DNA of 64,000 bases from Octopus vulgaris (lineage: Eukaryota): the NCBI GenBank assembly GCA_951406725.2, contig OX597830.1:33232001-33296000 (forward strand). Direction: 5' to 3'. The notes under the pieces were generated by a model. It made no database searches. It saw only the letters and a program-made list of their open reading frames with translations, and was not told the DNA's origin. Position 1 is the stretch's first letter; every line of letters starts with the position of its first letter. Below, piece by piece: positions 1 through 14,634 of this stretch. Position numbers and translations under genes: made by a program.

Positions 1-1314
1 TTTGAACTTCTTAGCTTCAGTAGTTTTTGAGGTAACAGAGTAGACGCTCAGTTAAGTCATCTGTCAAGCAAACATACAGGCCAAAAAGCTACGACACTTA
101 TTTGGATATGTTGGAGAAAGAAGTGATGATGATAGTGAATCATAGCAAACCTATTATATATAATCTCTGTTACTATGAATGTCTGTATGAAAGACTTTGA
201 AGCAGAGGTTAGCTAGTTGCTTAAAATGGAGATGATATCTTCATCTCTGGTTTCTAGCTATATGGCAGTTTTAAGTAATGCAGAAGAATACTATGGTTAT
301 TGACATGGGAAGTGTTAAACATTGTAGTTAGGTACATGAAATGCCATGTTTAAGTGACAGCATAATATGTTTGCAAACTATGCAGAAAATGCAGGAAAAG
401 TATGAGTGGTGTACAAGTGTGTTAACATCTTACTCACAATATACATCCACCACACTGCTGATGCTGTGCAATAAACATAATTACAACGATCAACAGTCTT
501 ATTATTTTCTATGAAGATCATAATGTTCAATGTAACAGTAGCTATGCTTTAAATACATTAAGAAAAGAGTTTGATTCACAATAACTAATGAATGGTTAGA
601 GGCAAGAACACAAGTATAACAGTAAAATATATATAAATGAGTAAATAAAAAAAATAAATAAGAATTCATGCAAGCAGTTTGATTTGCTGGATAATTTAAT
701 CCCTAACATTGGCGAACAATATATGTGATAATCTTCTAAGAAGGACCATCCTTATTTTGTTTTTTAATACAAGAATGTTATCCCTAAGACTTTAGTCTAT
801 GACATGTAATTTTCATTTTAATGATACTAGAAAATTGGTTGTGGAAGGATGTTGTATGTCTGTGAAGTAGCTTCAACTGACTTGTTAGAAAAGAAATCAA
901 GAATTAGAGAAAGGAAACAGTAAAAGAAAAAAAAATTAAAAGAAAGAGGAAAATGTGATATGTAATATCCTCCATCGCTTCTTATCAGATCAATGCTTTC
1001 GAAACCGAAATAAAATCTTGTTTATGTCATTTATGTTTCGCAGTACTTTTGTTTCCTAATTCCAATTATTTAATTTAGCTATCATGATAGAATCATTCTT
1101 GGTTTCCCTCCCTGAAACTCCAACATCCTATATTCTGCTACGAACATCCATGTGACTATGCCGTTGAGATATTTGTTCCATTCTATGGCAGTAGCGATGT
1201 TGGATGACAAGCAAAGGCATGTCTATTACATACACCCCCACCGCTATTCATATAGCAACAAAGTTTACTAAGATGTCAAATGGTCAGAGGCAACAATGAT
1301 ATTACATTTCTCAG

Positions 1315-1362
1315 ACATGATGGATAACTGTCTAGCTGACGGCATACAAGAACTTGCGTCTG
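1315..1362 (+). other. Candidate 48-nt symmetric (phase 1) micro-exon, (x)MMDNCLADGIQELAS(x)
   Basis: Acceptor attacatttctcAG, donor TG|gtaagc, length divisible by 3, one open frame. No homology recognised. Confidence 0.25.
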
Positions 1363-1466
1363 GTAAGCATGCTTGTGTATAGCAGCAGGAACTGTTTCAT
1401 CCTTGCTTAGCACGAGGAAAATAAATGCTGGAACTGATGATGCTGAAGATGGTATTGATAATGGTA

Positions 1467-1612
1467 AGTGTAGCATAACCTATGATGATGATTAGAATGA
1501 TTATGATGACAGTAACAAAGGTAGTGGTGGCGGTGTTGGTGGTGGTAGTGTAGCATAACCTATGATGATGATTAGAATGATTATGATGACAGTAACAAAG
1601 GTAGTGGTGGTG
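1467..1612 (+). repeat. Direct duplication, period 80 bp
   Basis: agtgtagcataacctatgatgatgattagaatgattatgatgacagtaacaaaggtagtggtgg occurs twice (tagcataacc at 1471 and 1551). Confidence 0.9.
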
Positions 1613-2200
1613 GTGGTGGTGTTGGTGGTGGTAATTACCATGAAAATGTTAATTAAAATGAGAGTGCTGATGTTAATGGTTATAATGATGCGCAAATGAT
1701 TATGACTGTAGTGGTAGAATTTTATAGGATAGAGATGAAGATTATAATGGTAATGTACACCGAGATTATTGGAATGTTAGTGTATAATGGTGATAATGGT
1801 GGAGGTAGTAGTATTAGTGGGTGGTGGTGGTGGTAGTGTTGCACTGGCAGCAACAACAGCCATGGTGGTGGTGGTGGTAGTGGTGATGGTGGTGATGGTG
1901 AAGATAATGATGATAAGGAAGAGAATTCCTAAGATTTAGATTTTTTTAATAATGATTTATAACAAGATTTATAACAAGATAATGCTATAAGCAGCGATAT
2001 CACCACTGAAGTTCATGACGTAGATAGTAATTATGATAATGAGGATAATGACGATGACGATGTCGATGCTGACAACAATGACGATGATGACACTGATGAA
2101 GATTTTAATGGCACTGATGGTGACAATAGTTACAGAGCTGTTTGTATGTTGTTGTTACTGTTGCTGTTCGCATTACTATTATTATTATTTTTTTCTTTCT

Positions 2201-2588
2201 TTCTTTTATTTGTTTCAGTCACTTGACTGCGACCATGCTGGAGCATCACCTTTAGTCGAGCAAATCGACCCCAGAACTTATTCTTTGTAAGTCTAGTACT
2301 TATTCTATCGGCCTCTCTTGCCAAACCGCTAAGTGACGGGGACGTAGGTACACCAGCGTGGTTGTCAAGCGATGTCGGGGGAACAAACACAGACACACAC
2401 ACACACAGATATATATGTATATATACGATGGGCTTCTTTCAGTTTCCGTCTACCAAATCCACTCACAGGGCTTTGGTCAGCCCAAGGCTATAGTAGAAAC
2501 CACTTGCCCAAGGTGCCACACAGTAGGACTGAACCCGGAACCATGTGGTTGGTAAGCAAGCTACTTACTACACAGCCACTCTTGCGCC
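2201..2588 (-). mobile_element. tRNA-derived SINE, family A (internal TA/TG microsatellite, ...gactgaaacaagtaaaaga tail)
   Basis: Reverse complement starts ggcgcaagagtggctgtgtagtaag (A-box-like) ... gggttcagtcc (B-box-like); matches many other copies in the window. Confidence 0.9.
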
Positions 2589-2590
2589 AG

Positions 2591-2591
<1 letters not shown>

Positions 2592-2649
<58 letters not shown>

Positions 2650-2802
2650 CATTATTGCTGATGTTGTTATTATTACTGTTGCTATTATTTTTTTTGTAAC
2701 TATTTTATCATTATATGTAATCCCCCCCATACACACACTTTATGTCTGTCTTTGAATTGTTCCCCTCATCCTTCGCCCTGGTGGCAAATAAATGAAATCA
2801 TT

Positions 2803-2840
<38 letters not shown>

Positions 2841-2864
2841 GATCATCATCATCATCACCATCAT

Positions 2865-2921
<57 letters not shown>

Positions 2922-2951
2922 TTTTATTATTATTATTATTATCAGTAGTAC

Positions 2952-3017
<66 letters not shown>

Positions 3018-3068
3018 CAGCAGCAGTAGTAGTGGCAGTAGCAGTGGTAGTCGTAGGAATAATAATAA
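2592..3068. repeat. Compound trinucleotide microsatellites (ATT)n, (ATC)n, (AGT)n
   Basis: Directly visible; explains the poly-I/D/S/T ORFs. Confidence 0.95.
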
Positions 3069-4011
3069 AAACGTGGATTTGGTTGTAACATATAGAAAAG
3101 ACTGTTAATTTTCCCTGAAGATACAACACAGTTTGCATCAATAAAATCGGAAAGCTCTGACAGAAATCCTCAGGGAATTCAATTCTTCTCTCTTTGCTTT
3201 AACATGTGCAGCAGGCAGTCCATAATTCTACAGCACAGAAAGAATATCCATTGCCTTCTAGTTGACAGACGTTCTTTACACTCGTCAGATCATCAAATAA
3301 AGTCCAGCTTTATTGCTTTAGTGTCCGATAGAAAAGTTCCGGAGCCAATAAGTTAGTATTGACTGTTGAACTTGTGTGTTGACTTTTGCTTCTTCAACTC
3401 AACAAAGAGACTAACGGGAGGAAGGTGGGGCGGCGAGGGTGGGGGTTAAACAGGCAGGCTAAGAAGAAAACGGTGAAGAGAGAGAGAGGTAGAAGAGGAG
3501 AAAGGGTAGGTGAAGGAAAATGTGATGATAAAGTAATGTAAAAAAAAAAAAAGAACAAACAGAACATAACAAAAAAAAAATGAAAAACGAACAAAAAATA
3601 AAATTAAATAAAGAAAGTAATTTGAAGTGTAAATCGAAAAAGACTAGGAATCAAAAAGATAAAAAAAAAAAAGCGGAAATTTGGTGGGATATGTATTGTC
3701 TCTCGTGTAGATGAATAGACATGTGAGAAAAATCTATTTATTAAATATCTGAAAGGGACAGTGTTTTGGTAATTGGGGAATGAGACGGAGGATGAAAACG
3801 CTGGCATTGATGAGGTTGTAATTGTGAAAGTCTTGTTAGTAAAACGTTGTTTCTCTGCTCTTGTGATGTTAAGAGTGGCTGTAGTTGATTACCAAAGTCG
3901 GTGCTGTTAATAGACAATAGTAAAATGATGTTCGGGATGATGACAAAGATGTTGTTGGGTTTGTGGCATATTGATGTTCATTACAGGTGTGATAATAAGA
4001 GCATTCTTCAA

Positions 4012-4218
4012 AGGTGGGGAACTGGCAGAATCGTTAGTATGCTGGGCGAAATGCTTAGTGGTATTTCGTTTGACTTTATGTTCTGAGTTTAAATTCCGCC
4101 GAGGTCAACTTTGCCATTCATCCTTTTGTGGTCTATAAATTAAGTACCATTACTGGGGGCGATATAATTGACTGGCACCCCTCCCCACAAAATTTCGGGC
4201 CTTGTGTAGAAAAGGATA
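4012..4218 (+). mobile_element. tRNA-derived SINE, family B
   Basis: ctggcagaatcgttag...ttctgagtttaaattccgccgaggtcaactttgcc...aattaagtacc; related copies at ~11585, 28856, 48389, 51915, 55838. Confidence 0.85.
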
Positions 4219-4389
4219 ATAACAGCAGTCTTCTGTTGCATATATATATATGTGTGTGTGTGTGTGCGTATATGTATATATATATATATATACTTGCTTG
4301 TGTGTATGTATGTGTTGTGTGTTGTCTGTTGTGTGAGTGCATGTGTGTGTGCATGTGTTTGCACCTGTGCGCGTGTGTGTGTGATGTCC

Positions 4390-4690
4390 TTCTAGGTACC
4401 ATTCGCTTTGAGTACCTAGGACCTTTTAATGCAGCTGTCGCCAACCATGTGCATCACATGCTTGTACAATGCAGTCTTCTCTCTTGCAAATTGCATCTAA
4501 TTCCTCTTTGGCAGAAGTTTTCTCTTTTGGTATTTTGTGCATTTATATTGTATCATTGATGCACAACGACATCACGTGTCCAGTCAAACATGCTTGCCTC
4601 ATTTCTCTCTTGCCTTTGAAAATCCTCTGCCTACGGAGACTAGGTTTCTCTACCATGGAACTCCACACTTCATACTCAAGCATCATATGA
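4390..4690 (-). mobile_element. Degraded RTE-clade LINE, C-terminal ORF fragment
   Basis: Minus strand reads ERNEASM...RGIRCNLQERRLH...SCIKRS with stops and frameshifts, resembling the RTE C-terminal 'ERNEASMLRWMC...GIR..QERRLRWYGHV' region. Confidence 0.65.
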
Positions 4691-5037
4691 TGTGCCCTTC
4701 ACTGAAAAGGAAAAGTGCTTTGTGGCCAGGTGAGAGAATGAGACAGAGACAGAGACAGACAGACAGACAGAGTAATTCCTTGACCTTCTACACTCTGTTC
4801 AGACTTTGGTTACTACAATTTCAGAATACTCACACTTGCTTCTGTTTAGATCACCAAAATAACAAAAACATTGGTTTCAAATTTTGGCACAAGGCCAGCA
4901 ATCTTAAGGGAGAGTTGAGTCATTCACATCAACCCTGGTGTTCTACTGGTACTTATCTTATCAACCCTGAAAGGGATGAAAGTAAAAGTCAAATAAATAA
5001 AAATAATAATATTAACTTCCAATGGAAGTCAATCTTA

Positions 5038-5221
5038 TCATCATCATCATCGTTTAACGTCCGTTTTCCATGCTGGCATGGGTTGGACGGTTCGACCGTG
5101 GTCTGGGAAGCCAGGAGGCTGCAACAGGCTCCAGTTTGATCTGGCAGTGTTTCTACAGCTGGATGCCCTTCCTAACGCCAACCACTCCGTGAGTGTAGTG
5201 GGTGCTTTTTACGTGCCACCG
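5038..5221 (-). mobile_element. SINE family C, 3' part with (GAT)n tail
   Basis: catcatcatcgtttaacgtccgttttccatgctggcatgggttggacgg...ggatgcccttcctaacgccaaccactcc; many copies in the window. Confidence 0.85.
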
Positions 5222-5785
5222 ACATTTTTATTTATTTATTTTCCTTTCATCACATCTTTTATATCCTTGTCATCTCATTACCAGATGTTGTAATGCTGTT
5301 ATAATGTTTGTTTGGACTCTTAAGTAGTATCATTCTTTGCACACAGCACTCTTGTTTATCATTGTGCTAAGCACTCTTGTTTTTCTCTCGAACGGACTTT
5401 GGTGCACTTTTATAACCCAAGAAGACATCTCCATTTAGTTGGTTAACACTGCATAGCTGCATCCATAGGGACAGGGTAATCGAAACCCTACCACATTCTA
5501 GTGATGGGGCCAACACACAGTAATTCGAACAACTACCCTTATGGCAACTTACGGGTTTGGTGTGAGTTCAGTTCACACTAACACACCAGCTTCGATGCGA
5601 ATTCAACGGGGAGCTAACACACTGACTCTTACCAACCTCTACTGACTTCTTGTCACTACTCATTATGAGATTTTGGCTAGTTCGCTCTTCCAATCCCCCA
5701 GGGGTGTCAATGACTCGCCAAAACACAATTTGAACTCAGAACATGAAGATGACTGAAATGCTGCACTAGATTTCCCTGGTATGTT

Positions 5786-6337
5786 TTCGGTTGTCCGAAA
5801 GTTCGTGCCGATTTATAGTAGCTTCCCTTTCGACTTATTTTAGAACATGGTTGAGTCCATAAAATACCTCCATTTAGAGCACAGTTTAAGCTATCTGTTC
5901 ATGGAAGAAGATTTATGTTCCTATAACCTGTGTTAATTCTGTAACATTTTAAAATGGAAGATAAGAAAGTTCATTTTCAGCACTTGATGCTTTGGAACCA
6001 GACAAAAATTGCTGCAGCTCGGCTGGGATGTGTTACCTCACCCTCCATATTCACCAGATGTTGCTCCTTCGATTTTCCACTTATTCAGGTCTCTGCAGAA
6101 TAGTCTTAATGGTAAAAATTTCAATTCCTTGGATTATGTAAAAAGATACCTTGATGAATTCTTTGCCACAAAACCGCCTCAATTCTGTGAAGATGGTATT
6201 TTCAAACTAAAAGGAAGATGGAGATGCATTGTGCAACAAAATGATTCATATTTGTTTGATTAAAAATGTAATGGCAAGTATTTATTGACTTTTTTTCTTT
6301 CCTTTAAAAATTGGCACGAACTTTCCGGACAACCCAA
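5786..6337 (+). mobile_element. Internally deleted mariner (Tc1/mariner, mellifera-subfamily-like)
   Basis: TIRs ttcggttgtccgaaagttcgtgccgattt / aaattggcacgaactttccggacaacccaa followed by TA. N-terminus MEDKKVHFQHLMLW (ATG 5954) is fused out of frame to the C-terminus TRQKLLQLGWDVLPHPPYSPDVAPSIFHLFRSLQNSLNGKNF...RWRCIVQQND (to 6263). Confidence 0.92.
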
Positions 6338-6571
6338 TATAATGATTCCACCAACTTGCTGCTGCCTTCTAGATAACAAAAATGTATAGGGAGCCTTCCA
6401 GGCAGGTGAAAAAAATATATTTACTAGATAGTTTTTGTGCTTAACTCTCTTATGCATCTGTCATATATGAAGGCTACCTTTGCAATTAAGCTGTATGTGA
6501 TCCCATTAAAACTAGTGTGCAACCATTGTTTACACAATGGGCTCTGTGTGTGGTTTCTTCCTACTCACTTT

Positions 6572-6887
6572 CTGCATACTGTTGTTGTTTGTTCCTTCTC
6601 GAGCCACACCTGGCTCATAAAGGTCGGTTTTCTGGTTTCCTTGGTGTATAGGTTCCCCACCTGGATGGGACGCCGGTCCATCACAAGTAAGCCACTAGAT
6701 GCAGGAGGAAAGAGTGAGAGAAAGTTGTGGCGAAAGAGATAGTAGAAGTTCACCATTACCTTCTGCCGGAGTCACATGGAGCTTGGGTGTTTCACTCATA
6801 AACGCACACATCGCCCGGTCTGAGATTCGAACCCATGATCCCTCGACTGCAAGTCCACTGCTCTAACCACTAGGCCATGTGTCTCCT
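6572..6887 (-). mobile_element. tRNA-derived SINE, family D variant
   Basis: Reverse complement head ...acatggcctagtggttagagcagtggact...atgggttcgaatctcagaccggg with clear A and B boxes; shares gagagaaagttgtgg segment with 49396-49783. Confidence 0.8.
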
Positions 6888-7589
6888 CTTCTGCATACTG
6901 AGTACAGAACCATTTCTCTGACTACAAAAGACTCTTGCCTTTTGCCATGTTTTTGGGACCGAAAATTACAATACAGCAATGATGAGCAAACTGCAACCAA
7001 CAGGGCTTTCTGAATGGAATGCCAGGTGAAAAATTACCACAAACTTTTTGGTATTACCACCCAGCAGATGATGAGCCATATTTGGAATTTCTTCATTAAA
7101 TCTTCCACAGATTTTGCTAGAGTTAAGAACAGAAGTCAAAACATAAATACGTTCACTTAGACAACCAGTTTTAAACACTGCTGATATGGCCCAGATGGTT
7201 GTAAATAAACAGGAGAAGAGCAAGGACTGAGCAGTGATGGCTCCCTACCTGTATGCTAAATTCATCAGCAAACTTATTGTTAACTCTTGCTCTGCTGATT
7301 GCAATCACTCTCTATCACTCTCTCTATCTATCTATCTTTTTCTTTCTCTCTCTCCTCTTTCTCTCTCTCTTTCTCTTTCTCACTCTCGTTTTCTATGCAT
7401 ATACAGGATCTGAAAACTCTAACAAGGAGTAGTTAATGAAGTACTTGAGTTTTGTATTAAACTCAATTACTATTCAGTAAGTAAGCCAGTTAAAGTTTCC
7501 AGCATGAACAATATATCTACATACATAATTCATCTAACTTGATGTCCTCTTTTCCCCCTTTTGTTAAATTCAAATGCACTTCTACTTAA

Positions 7590-7617
7590 TTATATATATA
7601 TATGTATATATATATAC

Positions 7618-7651
<34 letters not shown>

Positions 7652-7753
7652 ATACATACATATATATATATATATATATATGTATATAAATATATGTGTG
7701 TGTGTGTAAGTATGTATGTATATATGTATATACATATATATATACACATATAC

Positions 7754-7788
<35 letters not shown>

Positions 7789-7894
7789 CATATATATAGG
7801 TATGTATACATAAATATATATGTATGTTTGTATGCATGTATATATGTATAAGTATGTTTGAATATATATCTATAAACACACACACACATATATG

Positions 7895-7941
<47 letters not shown>

Positions 7942-8386
7942 ATACTTATATATGTATATATATGTACACATACACACACACACACATATATATACACACA
8001 CATACACATGCTTAAATTGTGGCACTTTAAAAACAAAAAAAACTAATATGTTATAACAGCCTCATTGTCTTTCTTTAAACAATATTTTTTCAGGAAGATG
8101 GTGGGAACCATCATTCCAATACATTCTTGAAGTCACTGTGACATTTTATCAATGATGTCTATGGGATATACAGCAAAATAATGCTAGACATAAAGTGTAG
8201 GTTTGTTTGTGTCATGCTGTTTTCATATGGCTCTGTGTTATAGTAAGTGTTTGGTGTCTGTACACAAGTACTTAATTTTATATATCATAAAATTTATCCA
8301 TACTTAATTATCTATCTATCTATTCATCCATCCATCCATTTGTCTGTGTGTTTGTCTGTCTGTCTGTCTGTCTGTCTATCTCTTTG

Positions 8387-8456
<70 letters not shown>

Positions 8457-8460
8457 AGTA

Positions 8461-8543
<83 letters not shown>

Positions 8544-8731
8544 TTATTTATGAATCGATAAACATTTGTATATACACATTCATACCTATATCTCATACTT
8601 ATATATGCATACATATATAAATGTATATATATATACATATAAATATATGCATATATATATTCACATATATGTATACACACACACACATATATATATATGA
8701 GTATATATATCTGTGTGTGTGTGCATGTGCA

Positions 8732-8774
<43 letters not shown>

Positions 8775-8925
8775 GTATGAATATATATATGTATGTATAT
8801 ATGAAATGTGCATATATAAAATACAAATGTACATGTAAAGATATATGCTATAAATATATATGTACACATGCACTTATACATACACATGCACACATCCATA
8901 CACTAATTCACATGCACACCCATAT

Positions 8926-8968
<43 letters not shown>

Positions 8969-9471
8969 TGGTGGGATAGATACCCTAGTAAACAGCATAC
9001 ATGTACAAATATGTGTGTACGAGTGTGTATGCATTTGTATTTATGTGTGTGACTGAACAGATGAGTGTATATAACCTGTAAAATGTGACTCACTCCAACA
9101 CATGATGAATAATTCAATTTATTTATTGAGAAATTTACTCATATCTACTCTAACGTGGTTATTTATCAATTTTAGTTTACTTTGTCACATCATTTTTTTT
9201 CCTCTTCAAATTATTGAATCAGTCTATGCCAGGGCACATCCAATGATGCATTTTAAAACAGTATATATATATACATGTAATATACAGAAGCTGTAGCAGC
9301 AGCAGCAGTAGCAAAACAATAACAGCAGGAGCAGCAGCAATTATGGCTTGAGTTTTAATAACAATAACCACAACACCAGTACTTAACAACATTATAAGGA
9401 GTAAATGTTAGCAAACAATTCTGGACACATACATATACACATATACATATATACATGTATATACATATACA

Positions 9472-9511
<40 letters not shown>

Positions 9512-9579
9512 TATATAAATGCTCTAATATCTACACAGCCTTGGTTATTTTTTCTTATTACGCAAAAAATTATTATATA

Positions 9580-9613
<34 letters not shown>

Positions 9614-9786
9614 GATATATATATATATATATATATATATGTTGGCCTGCTCGTTTAGCCAGCAGGGTGGCGTCATTTGAAGGCTAAAAAAACAATGCAA
9701 AGCGCATTGTAACCAGTGATGTGTAGCAACATCTGATAGCCTTGTCGCTCACGGTGATCACAGTGATATATATATATGTATGTATG

Positions 9787-9832
<46 letters not shown>

Positions 9833-9956
9833 AGAAACAGCTGTAAGACTAACTTTCTCTTTCTAAATGTCCTGAAAATTCCACACACCCTTGGCTTGTT
9901 GTCTCATTTTATTTAACACACACACACACACATATAAATATACTTGTGTATATATG

Positions 9957-9988
<32 letters not shown>

Positions 9989-10040
9989 CATATATATGTA
10001 TGTATATATATACATATATGTGTGTGTGTGTATATATATG

Positions 10041-10082
<42 letters not shown>

Positions 10083-10159
10083 AACATATATATATATATA
10101 CATATACATATATTTATATACACACACACACACAGATATATAAACATGTATGTATGTGC

Positions 10160-10210
<51 letters not shown>

Positions 10211-10230
10211 TATACATATATATATATGTG
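7590..10230. repeat. Clusters of (TA)n/(TATG)n/(CA)n/(TCTA)n microsatellites
   Basis: Directly visible; source of the [12 protein letters not shown] ORFs. Confidence 0.9.
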
Positions 10231-11584
10231 CACACATGTATATGTAATTGCTCTTGCAATTACTATATTTGTTTTTTTTTTCCATTTAAAAAATAAATGA
10301 CTTATTTGAAGCAATAATTGTAGAGTTTTGTACAAATCTGAATCTCCTCCCATTTTATTACATAATCAGGAATGATATTTGACCCAGTATTAATCATGAA
10401 ATTGTTGAATAAAAATTGACATTTTTCTTTTTCAAGTATGTGGTCAGCACTGAAATTTATTTTGCAATGTAACTGAAATTGTTGCTATGGAACTATGTGT
10501 TTTGTAATGCATATTTTAATTGCATTTGTTTTTGATTGATTGATTTTTGATTTTAATAAAGGAAGTGGTTCATTTGTGTAACTTTCTAAAACTGCTTATT
10601 AAGAAAGAAGATAAAATAAAAGATATTTCGATTTAATAAGCATTGTTTTTTAAAGAACAAAATTGGGATATTTTAGCTTTGTGGTTTCTGTTGTGCAAGT
10701 GGTGGGCTCAGTGTATTGCTGGTAATTAGGGTGAACACTCAAAGAAACTTTTAAGCAATCAAGCAAACCAGATTAAAAACAGAGGCATTTAACCAATCTG
10801 TTTGAGTAATGGTTACGTTAAATAATAGTGAGGAATGAAGTAGTGCTTAACAACAGTAACAAAGTTATAAGAAGCAATTATGAACAGAATTAAATAACAA
10901 CAGTAAGTCAAACAAAAACGAAAGCGAAAGTAGAAAACAGTTTTAGGATCATCCATTTAGTAATGCATCAGTCTGTTTTTGTTTTTCCAAATTCATGCAT
11001 TTCTACTTTTATTAATTCTACTTTTATTAATTGAATTACGAGGAAACATAACAGCAGAAAAATAGAGGTGGGTTAAGCAGCAGAAGATGGAACAAGTGGC
11101 ATGCTCTACCATGCCCTGTGGTCATGACTGATGGTGCTGCCGTGGAGAATGACCAGTGACACACTCAACCTTGCTTGCATAGCTCATTTTTCAGATGGTC
11201 TGCTGTTATCCTAATTTTGTGGAGGCAATTGGTAGCAAAGAGACCAAGAACTCCTGAGTGCTCGATGGCAATTGGTACAAACTGTCAGCGACCTCTCAGG
11301 CCCCTTTATCTATTTATTTCTTTAAGGTGAGATTATAGCAATTGAAAATTGCAGATGTTGGATATGTCTAACGATTTTCTTGTTTTACATCACTACAATA
11401 AAATTAGTGATACCGTGACAACAAACTGTTTAGATATAAAGTTTGAGAAACAATGGTAACTATATTACCAATGTACTAGATAGAACCCAGTGTACTAAAA
11501 TTAGCATATAAAACAAATGGCAATGGGCATGTACTATTTGACTGCTAACTTAAAGGTATTTAGTTAGGTGTCTTTTATCTTTTA

Positions 11585-11752
11585 TTAGTATGTCAGGCAA
11601 AATGCTAAGCAGTATTTCATCTGTCTTTATGTTCTGAGTTCAAAATCTCCCAAGATCAACTTTGCCTTTCATCCTTTGATAAATTAAGTACCAATGGAAC
11701 TTTGGGGGTTGATGTAATCAACTAAGCCATGTGTCTTTAGTAGAAAGGAATA
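11585..11752 (+). mobile_element. SINE family B, degraded
   Basis: ggcaaaatgctaagcagtatttc...ttctgagttcaaa...ctttgcctttcatcc...aattaagtacca. Confidence 0.75.
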
Positions 11753-12291
11753 TTATAATAACTTTATGATTCCAGAAATTAAAGTTAGTCCACACTTAAC
11801 TATGTAATGCATTAAGATTGTTATAATTTGGTATTCGATACATGTTTATTCTGCGAAACTGATAGAAATAAACAAAAGCAGTTGTATTTCTCATACCATC
11901 ACTACTATCACTCAACATGACTGTTGCTGTGTATATCATCACCATTATTTAATGTCCAGTTTTCTGTGCTTAAATGGATCATGTGGAATTTCTAGAGGCT
12001 GGATATCTTTCATATCAACAACCTTCACCTGTTTCTGAGCAAGGTAAAACTTGATCCATGGCAAGACATATTTCATACAGAAGACTGGAACTGAACAACA
12101 CTGCATGTATGATGGTGATGCTCATTTACAGCCATTACATTATATCATAACAAGGGTACATACAAGTAAACATGTGCATACTTGTGCATACATACATATA
12201 CATGCATATACACATCAATACACATACACACACACATATCACGCACATATTATATATATATATACATACATATTATATGTATATACTTTTG

Positions 12292-12432
12292 AAGTGGTTG
12301 ACGTTATGAAGGGCATCCAGCCATAGAAACCATGCCAAATCAAACTGGAACCTGGTGCCACTCTCCAGCTTACCAGTTCCAGTCAAACCGTCTAACCCAT
12401 GCCAGCATGGAGATCAGATGTTTGATGATGGT
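12292..12432 (+). mobile_element. SINE family C, 3' part
   Basis: gtggttgacgttatgaagggcatccagcc...aacccatgccagcatgg...gatgatg. Confidence 0.75.
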
Positions 12433-12442
12433 GATCATTATC

Positions 12443-12481
<39 letters not shown>

Positions 12482-12499
12482 TGTCTGTCTGACTGTCTT

Positions 12500-12968
<469 letters not shown>

Positions 12969-13561
12969 AACCTAAGATAATTAACACCTTGATGTCCTAA
13001 GAAAAAAAAAATTTTGGAAAAAATTTGGAAAATATTTTGAATTAAATTTGTAAGTTACTCCTTTTAGCATATGTTCTGCTACTTATTTAGAAACAATATC
13101 AGGGATTATACTCCCTTGTTTTGATAAGTCATCTGTATACAAACTGGCCACAGACGAACACACAGACACAGGCTTTTATCAGCAGCTTGACCAACAATAT
13201 CAGCAATACACTTTCCCTCTAGCTGCTTCCTAACATACTGCCACACATACACAGGCGCACACACACATACATGTAGGTAGGTTCTCACACCTAAATAAGA
13301 TAGCCTTCATTCTTAAAACAATCCGAACATTAACATTAGTTATACAGAATATATTCATACCCTTTGGTTTTCAGTAATTCTTCCCCTACCAGATTTGACC
13401 GCAGTTTGACCTCGATTTATTCCAACGGACTTTTTCGTCGGCCTTCACCCCCCCTGACGTCAACGCACATTGAGAGACAGTTTTGTGCATTCCATGGGCT
13501 CCTAGGGAGCGTTTTGTTCGAATAGCTTGCTGCGCATTTGTTTGGAGATTTAAATTCCTGG

Positions 13562-13647
13562 ATTTTCCTGAAGAGAAAGCTGCAAAATGGTCTCCTTATT
13601 CAATCCGAATTTGGAAATTTGCAGCCTTTGAAACATGTGTAGAAAAT
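13562..13647 (+). ncRNA. Type I hammerhead ribozyme, canonical core
   Basis: Stem I ATTTTC/GAAAAT; core CTGAAGA (13568-74); stem II GAAAGCTGCAAA/TTTGCAGCCTTT; GAAA (13630-33); near-palindromic stem III A-CATGTG-T; predicted cleavage after GUA (13641); AATAAA at 13648. Confidence 0.85.
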
Positions 13648-13698
13648 AATAAAAGGAATTCTGTAGAATCTTCGTTCAGCTCCATTTCTTCCCTTCAC

Positions 13699-13880
<182 letters not shown>

Positions 13881-13888
13881 AATATATA

Positions 13889-14178
13889 GGTGCAGGCATA
13901 GATGTGTGGTAAGAAGTGGTTATCACACAACCACATGGTTATGTATTCAGTCCCATTGTGTGGCATCTTGGCATCTTCTACTATAGCCTTGGGCCAACCG
14001 AATCCTTGTGGGTAGAGTTGGTAGATAGAAACTGAAAGAAGACTGCAGTATATGAGTGTGTGTGTGAGTGTGTTACCCCCTCCCTTATTGCAGCTTCCCA
14101 ACCAGTGTTGTTGTATTTGCATCCCTTCAAGGTGGTGCTCCAGCATGGCTACAATCTAATGACTGAAACAAAGAAAAA
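13889..14178 (+). mobile_element. SINE family A, degraded
   Basis: ggtgcaggcatagatgtgtggtaag...gtgctccagcatggctacaatctaatgactgaaacaaag. Confidence 0.8.
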
Positions 14179-14556
14179 GTAAACGATACATATATAATTT
14201 GGTTGACTACACAAGGAGATTGAACCCAGATCAAACGGCTTGGAAGCAAGCTTCTTAACCACACAGCTATGGCTCTTGGGAAAATATTGGCACAAAAAAT
14301 TGCTAACAACAAATATTGCAGGAACCATGACAAAAACAATGGCAATAGAAACAGTTTAAAAAAAAAAAATAATGCTTCAAAAATTGAACAAATTTTGATT
14401 TTTATAAATTTTCTGTCACTGATGGTTTTATTAATTTTTGTATTATTTTTCTAACGTCTTTATTTAGTGAAGTTATGAAGCTAAACCTCTTAGAAATGAA
14501 ATTCTTAAAACTTTGTTGTTAATTCCAAATAATTGCAAATACACGTTTCAAGTAAA

Positions 14557-14634
<78 letters not shown>

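Larger units (their letters stand above)
4873..6366 (-). mobile_element. Family B SINE split into three pieces (4873-4992, 5711-5785, 6340-6366) by nested insertions
   Basis: The pieces join into the reverse complement of the family B consensus (...gaaagtaaaagtcaa / atttgaactcagaac... / aatgattccaccaacttgc). Confidence 0.6.

Noticed and set aside
4537-5139. 200-aa ORF
   Set aside because: Chimera of antisense RTE relic, (AGAC)n and two SINEs.
7574-10353. Numerous [12 protein letters not shown] ORFs (also throughout the window)
   Set aside because: Dinucleotide and tetranucleotide microsatellite translations.
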